Source: Octopus bimaculoides (taxonomy: Eukaryota). From it: 64,000 nt of DNA. The number at the start of each line of letters is the position of its first letter. The first letter of the stretch is position 1. The translations under genes and the position numbers were made by a program. The stretch is taken from assembly GCF_001194135.2 (NCBI RefSeq), contig NC_068998.1:33894316-33958315 (forward strand), in the 5' to 3' direction. Of this stretch, positions 1 through 11,839 are shown in pieces. The notes under the pieces were generated by a model. The model ran no database searches and was not told where the DNA came from. It worked only from the letters and a program-made list of their open reading frames with translations.

Positions 1-18
1 TATATATATATATATATA

Positions 19-230
19 TCTTTTACCTGTTTCAGCCACTAGATTGCTGCCATGCCAGGGAACCACCTTGAAGAACTTTTTGTTGAACAAATCAATTCCA
101 GTGCTTTTTAAAAGACGTGTACTTATTCTATCGATCCTTTTTGTCAGACTACTAGTTTATGGGGATGTAAACAAACCAGCATCAATTGTGAAGTGGTGTT
201 GGAAAAACACTGACACAAAGAGGCACACAC
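19..230 (-). mobile_element. tRNA-derived SINE, family A, 3' half (degenerate)
   Basis: Reverse complement matches the 3' half of the family A copy at 22324-22796 (gtgtctgtgtt...gttggtgtgtttacatcccc...gactgaaacaagtaaaaga tail). Confidence 0.75.
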
Positions 231-473
231 ATATACATACATACATACATACATACATACATACATGCGTACATACATCATGAGCATTGTTTAACACCTG
301 CCTTCCATGCTGGCATGGGTTGGAAAACACACACACACACACACAATGGCTTTTTTATGAATTTCAGACAGGATATACTGGCCCAAGAGGTAAGGTAAGC
401 AATTCCAATGTATTTCATCTGATGGGTAAATTCTGGTTTTGCTGTATATCCAAGACAATTATAATGAATACAG

Positions 474-1478
474 ATTAGTACATTTGTATATTTGTTTCCT
501 AAAATTAATTATACTGCATATTTAATTTAAATGTGTCTGACACCTGTTTCTGCTGCATACCCATCTCACAATTGTATTTGCATCCAGTTACTTTCAGCTG
601 ATTATTAGATTATGCATCTTTATTCAAGGTTCAGCCACTGACGTTGTCTGAAGCAAACTAATGGTATGTAAGGTTAGCTAGCGTTATATTTGGGAGGTGG
701 CTATAGATTTTGAATGCAAAGACTGTGAGAGGGAGATTTGGGAACCTGATATGGCTACAAAACTGCTATGAGCTTGACTCTATACTGACTTCAGGTTTGA
801 ATTTCGGATTGAGAATACTAGACCTTTAATCAGGTCAAAGTATATTTTTGAAAAACTCTAGTCTTAGGTGAATTTGTGAGTTTCAGATATTGTGTATAGC
901 TGGTCACTAATGCAGATATAATTTAAATATATGAGATATGTAAAACTTACTTGTGAGGTCAATTCAAATTTTTCTTTGTATAAATCAAGTTTTAATTTAT
1001 ATCTAATTTCTTTGTCCTATACATGTAGCAAGAATTTTCAAATATGTAGTTTTACTTATGGAGAATACTGATTACTACTTGATGTAGGCAAACTACATAT
1101 TATACTGACATTTACCATGTAAACTTAGGCACCTCCAATTTAAGTGGTGCATACTTAATTAAAACCCCCATTCTATGGGCATATTTGAGTGCTTTGCTGT
1201 AAAGGTGCTGACATGTTGAAGACAGTTGTTGCCTACTGTTAAGCAACTGGTGTTTAAACGTGAAAATATGGAGTATTTCTTCTATGCATAAATTGCATCT
1301 TTTTCTCTCATTTATTTCCCATTCTATATTAAAGTTAGTGTTTCTCTCCATAGGTAACTGGATGCAAATGCAATGGTGAGATGTCTCTGCAGTAAAAACA
1401 TGCATTAGATATATTTAATCAAATATTTTGTGTAATTGATTCTAGTAATAAAAAATATGCATATGCAAGTGTACTAAT
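474..1478. repeat. Diverged inverted repeat pair, arms 474-591 and 1354-1478
   Basis: 1354+ gtaactggatgcaaatgcaatggtgagatg...gtactaat aligns with the reverse complement of 474-591 (gtaactggatgcaaatacaattgtgagatg...gtactaat), roughly 70-75% identity by eye. Confidence 0.75.
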
Positions 1479-2817
1479 GCAGGAGGAGAGGACTGCATTA
1501 GCACTGGGCTTGTATTTTATTTATAAATTCCCAGAAAGATGAATACAAAGCTAACCTAAAACAGATTTAAATTCTAAGTACAGAAAGCCACAACAAATAA
1601 TAGCACAACGCATGCTAAACGAGGCTCTAACAACACAGTCAATCAACTGCTTATACATACACACACACATCCATACACCCTCACACACACACACACATAC
1701 ACACGACGACAACAACAATGGACATATACACATATGCATGTGTATATGTGCTATGTCGTACTACAGATTATATCTAAAGGTTTTTCCTGCACTGCATGCA
1801 TTGACAGCTGCAAGCAACTTGCCAATACTATCCAGATGTAGAGTTCACTGGAGCATTTTTTTGTTTTTACATTTCAGTCAGAAGAGAAAGCAATGCCCAA
1901 AACTCTTTGCATGTCCTTCAAAATTGATAAGATGGAGTGGGGTATTCTGAAAATAGAAGCCTTGCTCTGATGCTTGTTATAGTGGGACCTCTGCTATTCA
2001 GCTAAAGACAACTCAAGGTACTGGTGAAACTGGATGCAGGATTTGAACCTAAGGCTCCAACTAGTGGAACAAATACCATAAGACATTCTAACAGTTCCAC
2101 CAACTCATTGCCCTGAAATAGTTCTTGTTTCATTGACTCTGAAAGGATTGAAGACAAGTTTAACTTTGCCAGGATTTGAACTCCCAGAATAGAGATTCAA
2201 AATAAATGCTATAAGGCATTTATCAGATATTTTAATGACTCTGCCACATCACTGCTTAGAGATATATTCTTTAATACAGTATAACACTGAAACAAAACAC
2301 TGCTAACACACCAGTAACATGTATGTATTTAAGTACAGCCACGTGGTTAAGGAGTTTATTTTGCATCCACAGGTTTCAGGCACATTCACATGACATGGTA
2401 CTGAAGACAGATGTCTTCTACTATAGCCTCAGAGTAACCAAAACCTTGAGAGTAGTATTGGTACACAAAAACTGTAAGCAGCTCATTGTATACAGGTGTG
2501 TGTATCTTACCATTGGCTTATTGTCTGTGCATTAGGTAAAAACAATGATGTCTTCATTTACACAAATCTACAGCAAAAACAGTCCAGCTTTAAGTTACTC
2601 ATTATCTGAAAAACTAGAACAAATTTTACTCTTGGAAGCATGTCAGGGTTGTTAACAGAAAGAGCATGTGAGCATAGAAAACTGCCTTGAAGAGTTTTTT
2701 CTGATACATACCACTTTGAAAAAGTGGGTATGATGATGGTTATGTTATCTATCTAGCTAGTTATTTACACCCCACCACACATACACAAGTGCGCACGCAC
2801 ACATACATGCATGCACA

Positions 2818-2857
<40 letters not shown>

Positions 2858-3541
2858 NNNNNNNNNNNNNNNNNNNNNNNNNNNNNNNNNNNNNNNNNNN
2901 NNNNNNNNNNNNNNNNNNNNNNNNNNNNNNNNNNNNNNNNNNNNNNNNNNNNNNNNNNNNNNNNNNNNNNNNNNNNNNNNNNNNNNNNNNNNNNNNNNNN
3001 NNNNNNNNNNNNNNNNNNNNNNNNNNNNNNNNNNNNNNNNNNNNNNNNNNNNNNNNNNNNNNNNNNNNNNNNNNNNNNNNNNNNNNNNNNNNNNNNNNNN
3101 NNNNNNNNNNNNNNNNNNNNNNNNNNNNNNNNNNNNNNNNNNNNNNNNNNNNNNNNNNNNNNNNNNNNNNNNNNNNNNNNNNNNNNNNNNNNNNNNNNNN
3201 NNNNNNNNNNNNNNNNNNNNNNNNNNNNNNNNNNNNNNNNNNNNNNNNNNNNNNNNNNNNNNNNNNNNNNNNNNNNNNNNNNNNNNNNNNNNNNNNNNNN
3301 NNNNNNNNNNNNNNNNNNNNNNNNNNNNNNNNNNNNNNNNNNNNNNNNNNNNNNNNNNNNNNNNNNNNNNNNNNNNNNNNNNNNNNNNNNNNNNNNNNNN
3401 NNNNNNNNNNNNNNNNNNNNNNNNNNNNNNNNNNNNNNNNNNNNNNNNNNNNNNNNNNNNNNNNNNNNNNNNNNNNNNNNNNNNNNNNNNNNNNNNNNNN
3501 NNNNNNNNNNNNNNNNNNNNNNNNNNNNNNNNNNNNNNNNN
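2858..3541. other. Assembly gap (N run)
   Basis: Run of N preceded by (TA)n. Confidence 1.
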
Positions 3542-4779
3542 AGATAGTCGGCAGCGCCGCCTGGCTAGGGCTTGGCTGCTCTGCATTGACAAGGGGCAAC
3601 ACCCTGAAACTAGTCTGCAGATGCCAAACCAGCAGGGGGACACTGCTGACCTCCCCTGTTCGAAGGTTATAAAGGACACAGGTTTCGTGTGTCACATAGC
3701 TAGCTAGAGGCGATGGCTTCTTGGAGCTAATTCACGGCAGCTTTCGTCCTAATTTTGGGACTGCCATGTTGGCTTGGCGATAACTATTAATTTCCAGTAC
3801 CGCTGTCGTAGTCTCCTTTAGAGAGACTTAGAAATATTAATAACTCTATATATATATATATATATATATATAATTCAAAAATAAAAAAGAGCATGAAGCA
3901 TTAAAAACAAATAAACAAGGTGAATAAGGTTGATGCTCTGGAAAATCAAAGGGAGTTTATACAGTTTGAGTCTATGCACTTCTACAGAAAGAACAAATGA
4001 GGAGAGAAAAATACTATTTCTGAATAATGTTCCCTTCATGCTGAGGTGACAAACTGGCATTTGTGTCTGAGCCAGCACATGTGTGTCTGTGAAACTGAGG
4101 TGTGTGTGAGTATGTGTGTACGTGCGCATGCACATGAGTAAGCACATGTGTGTGCATATGGACCTATATGCGAGTGTATGTGGCTGATGTCTGCATATGT
4201 GCATGTTTGTACAACCATGTACGTGTATGTCTAGGAAGTAATATAAACATCAATATACTGAATGTTTATGCAGATGTATATTTGTGTATGTGTGTGCATA
4301 TGTATATGTGTGTGTATACACGCATACACACACACACACACACACACACACAAATACACACATACACTCACATATATATAAACTAATTTTTTTGACCTAA
4401 GTGTGTATGCTGTAGAAAAAATAGAATCTAATGCTTGAGGTCAAACACTTCATCTGACAAAAATATATCAGCAACTTCAAAAAATAAGTATTTTTCTCTC
4501 AAACTAAAATGTTAAATTTCACTTTCTACAAAATATCGAGTTATCTAATCTCATAAACTTTGCTCTATGTTGACACACACCAATGTCAGTTTTGGGGGGA
4601 CTTTATTTTTCAGATATATGGTGCATCTATACATACTTTATAAATATATGCATTTGTGTGCTCCTGTATGTGTGCCTCTGTGTGTGTGTATGTGTGTGTA
4701 TATGAATGTACATAGAAAGATGGATATGTATATATATGTGTATATAAACATATATATTGTTGACCACACATACTCAATA

Positions 4780-4891
4780 TACGTGTTTTGCTATTTTGCT
4801 GCAGTACAGCACTCTGTAGACAACTCCATTATAGCTCTGGAGATTAAAGTACCTGAAAGACAACTCACCTCCAGTCCCATCCAGGAGTGAT
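4780..4891 (+). repeat. Copy of an unassigned interspersed repeat; other copies at 6180-6262 plus 10450-10492 (split by the Gypsy element) and 10647-10820 (inverted)
   Basis: Shared motifs tgttttgct...ctggag(a/g)ttaa(a/g)(g/a)cacctgaaa and ccagtcccatccaggagtgat. Confidence 0.65.
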
Positions 4892-4955
4892 AGATACTGA
4901 TAGTTTACCAATTTTGTGGTTAATCAACATCACATACATGAAACAAACTGGGGAA

Positions 4956-6065
4956 CAGTGGTGGGCACGGTTCCACTAATCTGCTAACAGCTAATTAGTG
5001 AAGCTAACTTTTCATTTAGTGGATTAGTGTTTTTGATAACTTTGGGAAACCATTAGCGGACCAATTAGCTCCCACTAACTCTAAGTCCACTAACAAAATT
5101 CATACATTTGTTCTTGGTTGTTGTTAGCATGTCTTAAAGAGTCTGTCAGGCATGCTATTGGCTCACTACGTGTACATGGGACAAGATGTGATTGGTCGAT
5201 GCAGCAGCAGCTAGCTGAGCAGCATTGTGTAATTCTGCAGGGGGAGGATCAGGCTTACCTTGGGTGCCTTCTGCCAACTGTAGCAGCTACCATCATGAAG
5301 TTGAAGGAGGTAGCTCCTGTACTGCAGTCTTCTGGTAGATACAATACTGGCAGGCATCACAAAAAAGGTTTAGGCTCCTCCTAGAAGACCTGAAGTGCCA
5401 GCTGGCTGCTACCTTTCATGCCAAGTTTCACCTGTTCTTAGCTGGAGCCGTATAACAGCTAGGTTAGCAGAGTAACGAATGCCATGGAGACCATCGTAGG
5501 GACAGCCCTAATGGAGACCAATGAAGAGGGTAATAGCACCACCAGCAATGAGGATGAGGAAGGTGATTTCTTCAGCAACATCACTCAGTTCTGAGAGAAT
5601 AGGAACCACAGGTGCAGAACTTGGTGAAGACCTGGCTGGAGGCCAGGTGATGGAGAAGGCCCAACCAGAGTAGTACTCCTTGATCACCATCTGATCTCGG
5701 CATGATAGCTGTGCTATACTGTGCCTTTTTGATTTGTTTAATACTTTTTGTACAGTGAATAAAGTGTATGTTGACTGAGAAACTAATGTCTAATTTCATT
5801 TGTTCATTTAAATATTTGCATACACCTCGATCACCATCTTATACCTTTATGGAAAGCTCTATGTCTAAGCTACAACATGAAAATTCCAGCTCGCTTGGTC
5901 TGTTTTTAGGGGTTTTAGAGCCAAAAAACCAAACCAAAACTAAATTAATGATAAAAGTTAGTAGTTATCATTTCGTGTTAGCTGCCGTTAATTTCTTTTT
6001 ACTGTTTTAGTTAGCAGATTGGCAGTTAGCAAAGCTAACTGTTTGGTTAGCTGTGCCTACCACTG
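4956..6065 (+). mobile_element. Non-autonomous hAT DNA transposon (1.1 kb internal-deletion derivative)
   Basis: TIRs cagtggtgggcac / gtgcctaccactg (12/13); 8-bp TSD ctggggaa (4948-4955) / ctggggac (6066-6073); subterminal arrays of gctaac/gttagc motifs at both ends; internal transposase remnant. Confidence 0.9.
5222..5700 (+). pseudogene. hAT transposase C-terminal remnant (frameshifted)
   Basis: Translation ILQGEDQAYLGCLLPTVAATIMKLKE, then LLEDLKCQLAATFHAKF and SNEDEEGDFFSNI, resembles the (LD)ILQGE...YxGxLLPT segment of hAT transposases. Confidence 0.7.
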
Positions 6066-6262
6066 CTGGGGACAAACTGAATCGTCAGCCTATGGCTATA
6101 TGCAAATAATGTAAAAACCATTTTCTGGTATGCTATAACGGTGCATTTTCAAGAATAAATTCAATTATGAATTACACGTAGTGTTAGTGTTGTAAACATT
6201 ATCAATCGCATGTACTCAATGTATGTGCTTTGCTTGTTCACTGGTTTGCATGATGGAGATAA

Positions 6263-6477
6263 TGTGATAGTTGCATTGGGTTGCTGATTTGATATCTTGA
6301 TATGAATATAAAACTCTCAAAGGAAGTCTTATGCAACCATGTGAAAATCATGAGATGAAAAGTGAACGAGCTGGCAGAATGGTACTAGGAACGGTACAGT
6401 GTGGTACTTGGAAAGTGAGCTGTGTAACTTGCAGTTATGAACATTTAACATATGTCCTATAAGTGTGAAACACAACA
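6263..6477 (+). repeat. Gypsy 5' LTR (215 bp)
   Basis: tgtgatagttg...gaaacacaaca; about 23 substitutions versus the 3' LTR by eye, and lacks a 33-bp segment. Confidence 0.95.
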
Positions 6478-6479
6478 CT

Positions 6480-6492
6480 TGGTAATGAGGAT
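6480..6492 (+). promoter_or_regulatory. Primer-binding site (degenerate)
   Basis: tggtaatgaggat 2 nt after the LTR; derivable from the common Gypsy PBS tggcgacgaggat by transitions at CpG positions only. Confidence 0.7.
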
Positions 6493-7167
6493 GACAACAT
6501 TTAAACTTGAACAACTTGGAAAAAGCTAATGCCTGGTTGATACAGTTTGAAGCAAAAATTGAATGTGATGACATTGAAGATGTCAAAAAGAAGCCAACAT
6601 TTTTTCTACCTGTGGAGTTGAAGCCATAAAGAAGTTAAAAGATGTTCTTCTCCTGGTAAGCCTTCAGAATGCAACAAACCAACAAATAATGAATGTGTTG
6701 CAACAACTAATAAAGCCAAACGAGAGACTGTTAATTGTGGACAGATTAAAATTATTGCAACTGAAGCAACTAGAAAATAAGTCAATAAACAACTTCCTTC
6801 TTAGGATTAATTCTCAAGCTTCCTTCTGTCATTTGAATTGACCAAAAGAAAATCCGGAAGAAGAAATCATGAAACTCATTTTCATCATGGGATTGTTGTC
6901 GGCAGAGATAAAGTTTAAAATTTTGGATCAATTACGGTGACATTCTAAAATGAAATATGCTGAAATAGTTGTTCTTGCATACACCATTGAATCAGAAACA
7001 CTATTTGTGAGTAATTGACAAATGATAACAAACTTTAATGTCATCAAGAATACCTCAAGTAGCAGTTGTGACGAAATGTCAAAATCGTGGGCATACACAC
7101 AAAGCTTGTGTGTGTCCAGCATATGGGAAATAAGTGTGGCAAATTAGGGCATTTTGCATAATTTTGC
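6491..7167 (+). pseudogene. gag: Gypsy gag remnant with CCHC zinc knuckle
   Basis: EANIFSTCGVEAIKKLKD...EIMKLIFIMGL; knuckle CPAYGK*..CGKLGHFA*FC at 7113-7167; in-frame stops. Confidence 0.8.
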
Positions 7168-7289
7168 CTGTCTAGAAACGATCAGTGTGGACAACATAAA
7201 TGTATCTCTGAGCAAGACTGGATCTGTCAATATTTTGTTGCTAAACATGAACAACAATGAGAGTGCAGATAACACAAGTTTTTGCAAGT

Positions 7290-9700
7290 GCTTTATAAAT
7301 AACATAAGCATAGATGTGAGAGTGGATACTGGGGAGGCTTGACCGATAGTCCTGTTACCATTTGCTTTACAGTTAGGTATCTCAATTGAATCATGCCACA
7401 ATAGATTAACCACTCTTGAAGGTTCAGATCTAAAGGTTGTTGGATCAATCCAAGTGATATTTAATGTTAATAACACCGCATCATGAAAATTCATTGTGGT
7501 AGACAGCCTATACTCTATTGAGCTGATTAGAAAAGATATTATTAAAGGCAGTTCGTTTTGTTTCAATTTGAACATGGATGTGTTGCCAGAGGTCAAAAGT
7601 TTTGTGGCTCGAGTTAACTGCTTTGATGTGAGATATAACATGATGAGTTTAGCAAGATGCATTCCAGTACATTTGGAAAAAGAAGTTAAAGATGAATTGA
7701 AGAGGTTGGAAATGATGGTTATCATTACACTGTTGGATTACTCTGGAGTCAGATGTGCCTCACCTGTGATATGGCTGAGAAAAAAAAAATGGATTACTTC
7801 ACATGTGCGTCAATTGTGTGGCTCGCTGAAAGGTACATATTAACACCCGTTCTTTTCTCAGGCCATCAATCAACACTATTTTTTCTGGTGTGTCAGGTGC
7901 AAAATTTTTCTCCACTCTCGATTCAAAGCATGTGTATTGGCAAATACCTTTAGCAGTGGAAGCAAGGTGTATTTACACTATTGATACAACCAATGATCTC
8001 TACTTAGTTAGCAGATTTCAGAACTGCATGGAAACTCTACTAAAAGGGATCGAAGGAGTCAGGGTATACCAAGATGATATCCTCATCTATGCTCGTAGTG
8101 AAGCAAAATTGACGAGCAGAGAAAATGTGGTAGTTGCAAGGCTAACCAAGGCACAGTTCTCTATTAATAAAGGAAAGTCATTGACCAGAAGAAGAAATTT
8201 GAATTTCCCAGGAATGAACATGTCTGAAGAGGGTATTTCTCCATCTCAGGAATTGGTAGCAACACTAAAGGACATACAAGTACCAAAATCGAAGGAAGAT
8301 GTTGACAAAATATTGGGTTTGACGAATTACTACAGAAGATTTGTCCTGGTGTATGCTGAAAAAGTAGAACCACTCTTATCAGATAGATCTAAAGAATTTA
8401 AATGGGGTAAAGAACATGATAAGGCCTTCCCTTCCGTATGCTTATCAGTCATCTTTTGGAGGCTCCAGTTTTGCAACTGTACTCAATGGAGAATATGAGC
8501 ACTCTCACTGTAGATGCATCTTTGATTGCAGCAGCTGGGGTGTTATCCCAGGAAGGATACACAGTAGCATTCATAAGCCACACCTTTCGTCAGGTACAAT
8601 GAAATTGGTCAAACAGAGAAAGAGAGACTTATGCAGTGGTATAGTGCGTAGATGGACTGTGCCATTTCCTTCTAGGAAAGCAGTTTTATCTGGAAATAGA
8701 TCACTAGCCTTTAAAAACCCTGTTTGCAAAGAATTTAGATGTATCTCAACGTGCTTCACAAAAAATAGCCAGGTGGAGTTTGATCCTGTCATAGTATGAC
8801 TTCGTCGTTAAGTATGTTCCAGGTAAAAGTACTCCACATGTCAATGCCCTCTCTTGATTGAGGTATAATGTGAATAACGCTGGTGATATAATTTTCTTTG
8901 CTTTGCATTTAGACAAATGCGACAGTGTGTAGCAAGAAATCAATCCTGTAATGATGGAAGGTATCCGAAAACAACTAAATGCAAACACATTATATAACAA
9001 AATAAAGGAAAGAATTTTACAGCAAAATTGGAGATTGGTCTCAAATCTTGAGCGTGCATTTGTCAGAGAGAAGGATTTTCTAACATGCAAAAATGACTTA
9101 ATATATCATAAAAATCGTTTGTTTATTCCATCACCATATAGAGCCACAGTGTTAGCTAAAATACACAAGACACACATGGACATTCAGCAAACAATTAAGA
9201 AGGCATGACTCTGTTTTTAGGGGCCTGGGTTGGCTTACTCCATGGAGAAGTTTGTCAAATCTTGCAATAGTTGCCAGAGATTTAGGTTAAATATAGTAAA
9301 GGCAAATGATTCATGGTCTATTTCTGGGCCCTGCAAACATGTGCATAAGGACTGGGCATATGTTCTAAACATTGGTAACATATTCTTAATTGTAGATGCC
9401 TATTCAACATGGATCGAGGCATTCTTTTGTCCTAATCACTCAACTGAGGTGGTAAAAAAACAAGCTGCTGGAGGTCTTCACTTGTTTTGGTGTGGCCACA
9501 GCTTTAGTATCCGACTATGGGCTGGAATTTGTTGCCTTAATGAGTATGTTGCCATCAGTGGGTTGCAGAAATATCAAGACACCTGCTTACAGTCCGGTAT
9601 CTAATGGCACCACTGAAATGGCCGTACAAACTGGGAAAACTGCACTGAAGCATTTTGATCCACAGACAGGGAGGTTTGGCAACTACTTGAACAAAATTTC
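7290..9700 (+). pseudogene. pol: Gypsy pol remnant (protease, RT, RNase H, integrase)
   Basis: Protease VDTG (7322-7333); RT FSTLDSKHVYWQIPL and YQDD (8067-8078); RNase H LTVDAS...EIDH*PL; integrase H..H/CNSC zinc finger, HKDW, IVDAYSTWIE, SDYGLEF, SNGTTE. The LPFG motif region is deleted in frame. Confidence 0.92.
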
Positions 9701-10201
9701 TGTGCAACCATTGGAGTGCCTTGCATGTCTGAAAATTATCACCTACCAAAAAGTTAATGAAAAGACCATTGAGGGTTGCTGTAAAACCATTCTTTGAAAC
9801 AGGTGAGGATGTGATACACAAAACCATGTTCAACAAGGCTGCATCCAAGGCAAAATATGTGATACATGCCAGAAAGAATACTGCATGGATTAAGAAGGAG
9901 GATCACCCACTGCAGTTGAGCAACTGGCCCCACTGAACACATGGGAACCAGAACCAGATTCGAGCACAACACCTGGAACAATGGTTCATGCTGAGTCTGC
10001 AAGGATGTCTAACAGTGATGGCACAACCATATCAAGGCTAGGCATGACACCAATGCTGGACTCATAGGAGAAGTGGTGCAGCCTATTACTGGCAATGCTA
10101 GCCATCGGAGATAGAACACAAAAATTGTATCAAGTCCTCAACTGAGGTAAAATGCAAGAATTGTGGAAGGATGCAAAAGGCCAAAACATTTTGAGAAGTA
10201 A

Positions 10202-10449
10202 TGTGATAGTTGTATTGGGTTGCTGATTTGGTATCCTGATATGTATATAAAACTCTCAAAGGAAGTCTCATGCAACTACACGAAAATCATGAGAGGAGAG
10301 ATGAATGAGCTGGCAGCCTTAAAAGGGGTGTTACTGTTACACACAGCAGAATGGTACTAAGAATGGTACAGCGTTGTACTCAGAAAGTGAGCTGTGTAAC
10401 TTGCAGTTATGAACATTTAACGTATGTCCTATGAGAGTGAAACACAACA
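10202..10449 (+). repeat. Gypsy 3' LTR (248 bp)
   Basis: Direct repeat of 6263-6477 plus 33 bp; preceded by purine-rich ttgagaagtaa (PPT-like). Confidence 0.95.
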
Positions 10450-11386
10450 GAGGAATCCCTCAAAGAGCTGGAGGTTAAGACACCTGAAATACATTATTAT
10501 ATTTAATCTTACATATGCATTGTTGTGGCATACCAACAAATGGTTCTTTCATTATTTGCATGTAGCCATTGACTGGTGATTCAGTTTGAACCTGATTTGA
10601 TTCAATTGCATGGTGTTGATAAATCACAAAAACTGGCAAAATAGCCATCACTCCTGGCTGGGACTGGAAGTAAGTTGTCTCACCTGTTTATGACTTTCAG
10701 GTGTTTTAACACCCAGTGTTATGATGGCCTCATTCCCAGAATGCTGTGCTGCAGTGAACTGGTAAACAAGCAAAACACATAACATTATGTGTTGTCGATA
10801 GTGTTTACAACACCAGTGTTTTTTTAATTGAAAACTGAATACACACACACACACGCATGCACGCATGCACACACACACATACACACACACACACATACGC
10901 ACACACACAGGTATACCTAACACAGTCTTTCATCATTGTTATCCTTTAAACACAGACTTCCAGAACTGAATACATATTGAATCCATCCATACAAACTCTC
11001 TCACTAGAATAAACTATTGAGGCAGCTTGTTTGAGCAAAGATGAGAAATGATTTTAAATAAAGAGTTTGTTCTTTTGTTTTTCTGTCTTCCTGATCACAA
11101 TCCTTTAAGTCTATGCTCAGTTCCTCAGTTTCTGTTGCTATGATTAATGTTGCTGTTGTTTAAACCCAAGTCAGTTCTGACAAAGGCTCATGGTATTTCA
11201 TCCATGATCATCCAGTTTAATTTTTAAATATAGTGTTGCCAAGCTTATATTAGCCAATATAACCTTCTGTGTCTTTTTTATCATGATAGTTTGTTATACA
11301 TGGAAGTTTTGCTGGTATTTTAGGTCAGACAACCATGCATCAACACTTTTGTCATCTCGTTTACAACTTCTATTGTTATTCTAAAT

Positions 11387-11625
11387 CAATGGTTCTCAAC
11401 CAGGGTCCATATGATCCTTTAGGGTCCACATATGATTTTGTTCAAATCTATGGTTATACTTCTACAGTACACAAAAATATTTTTACAATCTTTTAATACA
11501 ATTCCTCATAATATTTAATTATAAAGATATAATAGGATTTTTAAGCATCAAATGGCTGGATGGGTACATCTAAGTAAAATAGTAATCAAAGAGGTCCATA
11601 GGCAAAAAATGGTTGAGAACCACTG
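11387..11625. mobile_element. hAT/Charlie-type MITE (239 bp)
   Basis: TIRs caatggttctcaacc / ggttgagaaccactg; 8-bp TSD ttctaaat / ttctaagt. Confidence 0.9.
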
Positions 11626-11688
11626 TTCTAAGTAAATTAAAAATAGATATCTCTTTTGACTAGACTATTGATCTATATTAGATCATAT

Positions 11689-11839
11689 AGTGGTGTTAAG
11701 AAAGGCATCCAGCTGTAGAAACCATGCCAAATCAGACTGGAGTCTCGTGCAGCCTTCCAGCTTGCCAGCCCTGGTCAAACCATCCAACCCATACCAGCAT
11801 GGACAACAGACGTTAAATGATGAGGATGATGATGATGAT
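11689..11839 (+). mobile_element. RTE-type 3' end (5'-truncated LINE or RTE-tailed SINE)
   Basis: aggcatccagctgtagaaac...ccaacccataccagcatgg...cgttaaatgatgaggatgatg; same tail as 42330-42444 and 58552-58796. Confidence 0.75.

Larger units (their letters stand above)
6263..10449 (+). mobile_element. Full-length, decayed Ty3/Gypsy LTR retrotransposon
   Basis: Two TG...CA LTRs, PBS-like tggtaatgaggat right after the 5' LTR, gag with zinc knuckle, and PR-RT-RNase H-IN order diagnostic of Ty3/Gypsy; many stops and frameshifts. No clean TSD (gataa / gagga). Confidence 0.95.

Noticed and set aside
1354-1375. Apparent 22-nt exon (ctctccatag|GTAACTGG...AATG|gtgaga)
   Set aside because: It is the start of an inverted-repeat arm with a counterpart at 474-591; no coding support.
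2511-2605. Minus-strand exon-like segment with strong splice sites
   Set aside because: Stops in all frames, and it overlaps or abuts a degenerate SINE.
2757-3707. Long ORFs of 250-380 aa in the track (also 54377-55545, 56060-57052, 57760-58721, 62459-62833)
   Set aside because: Artefacts of translating through N gaps and microsatellites.
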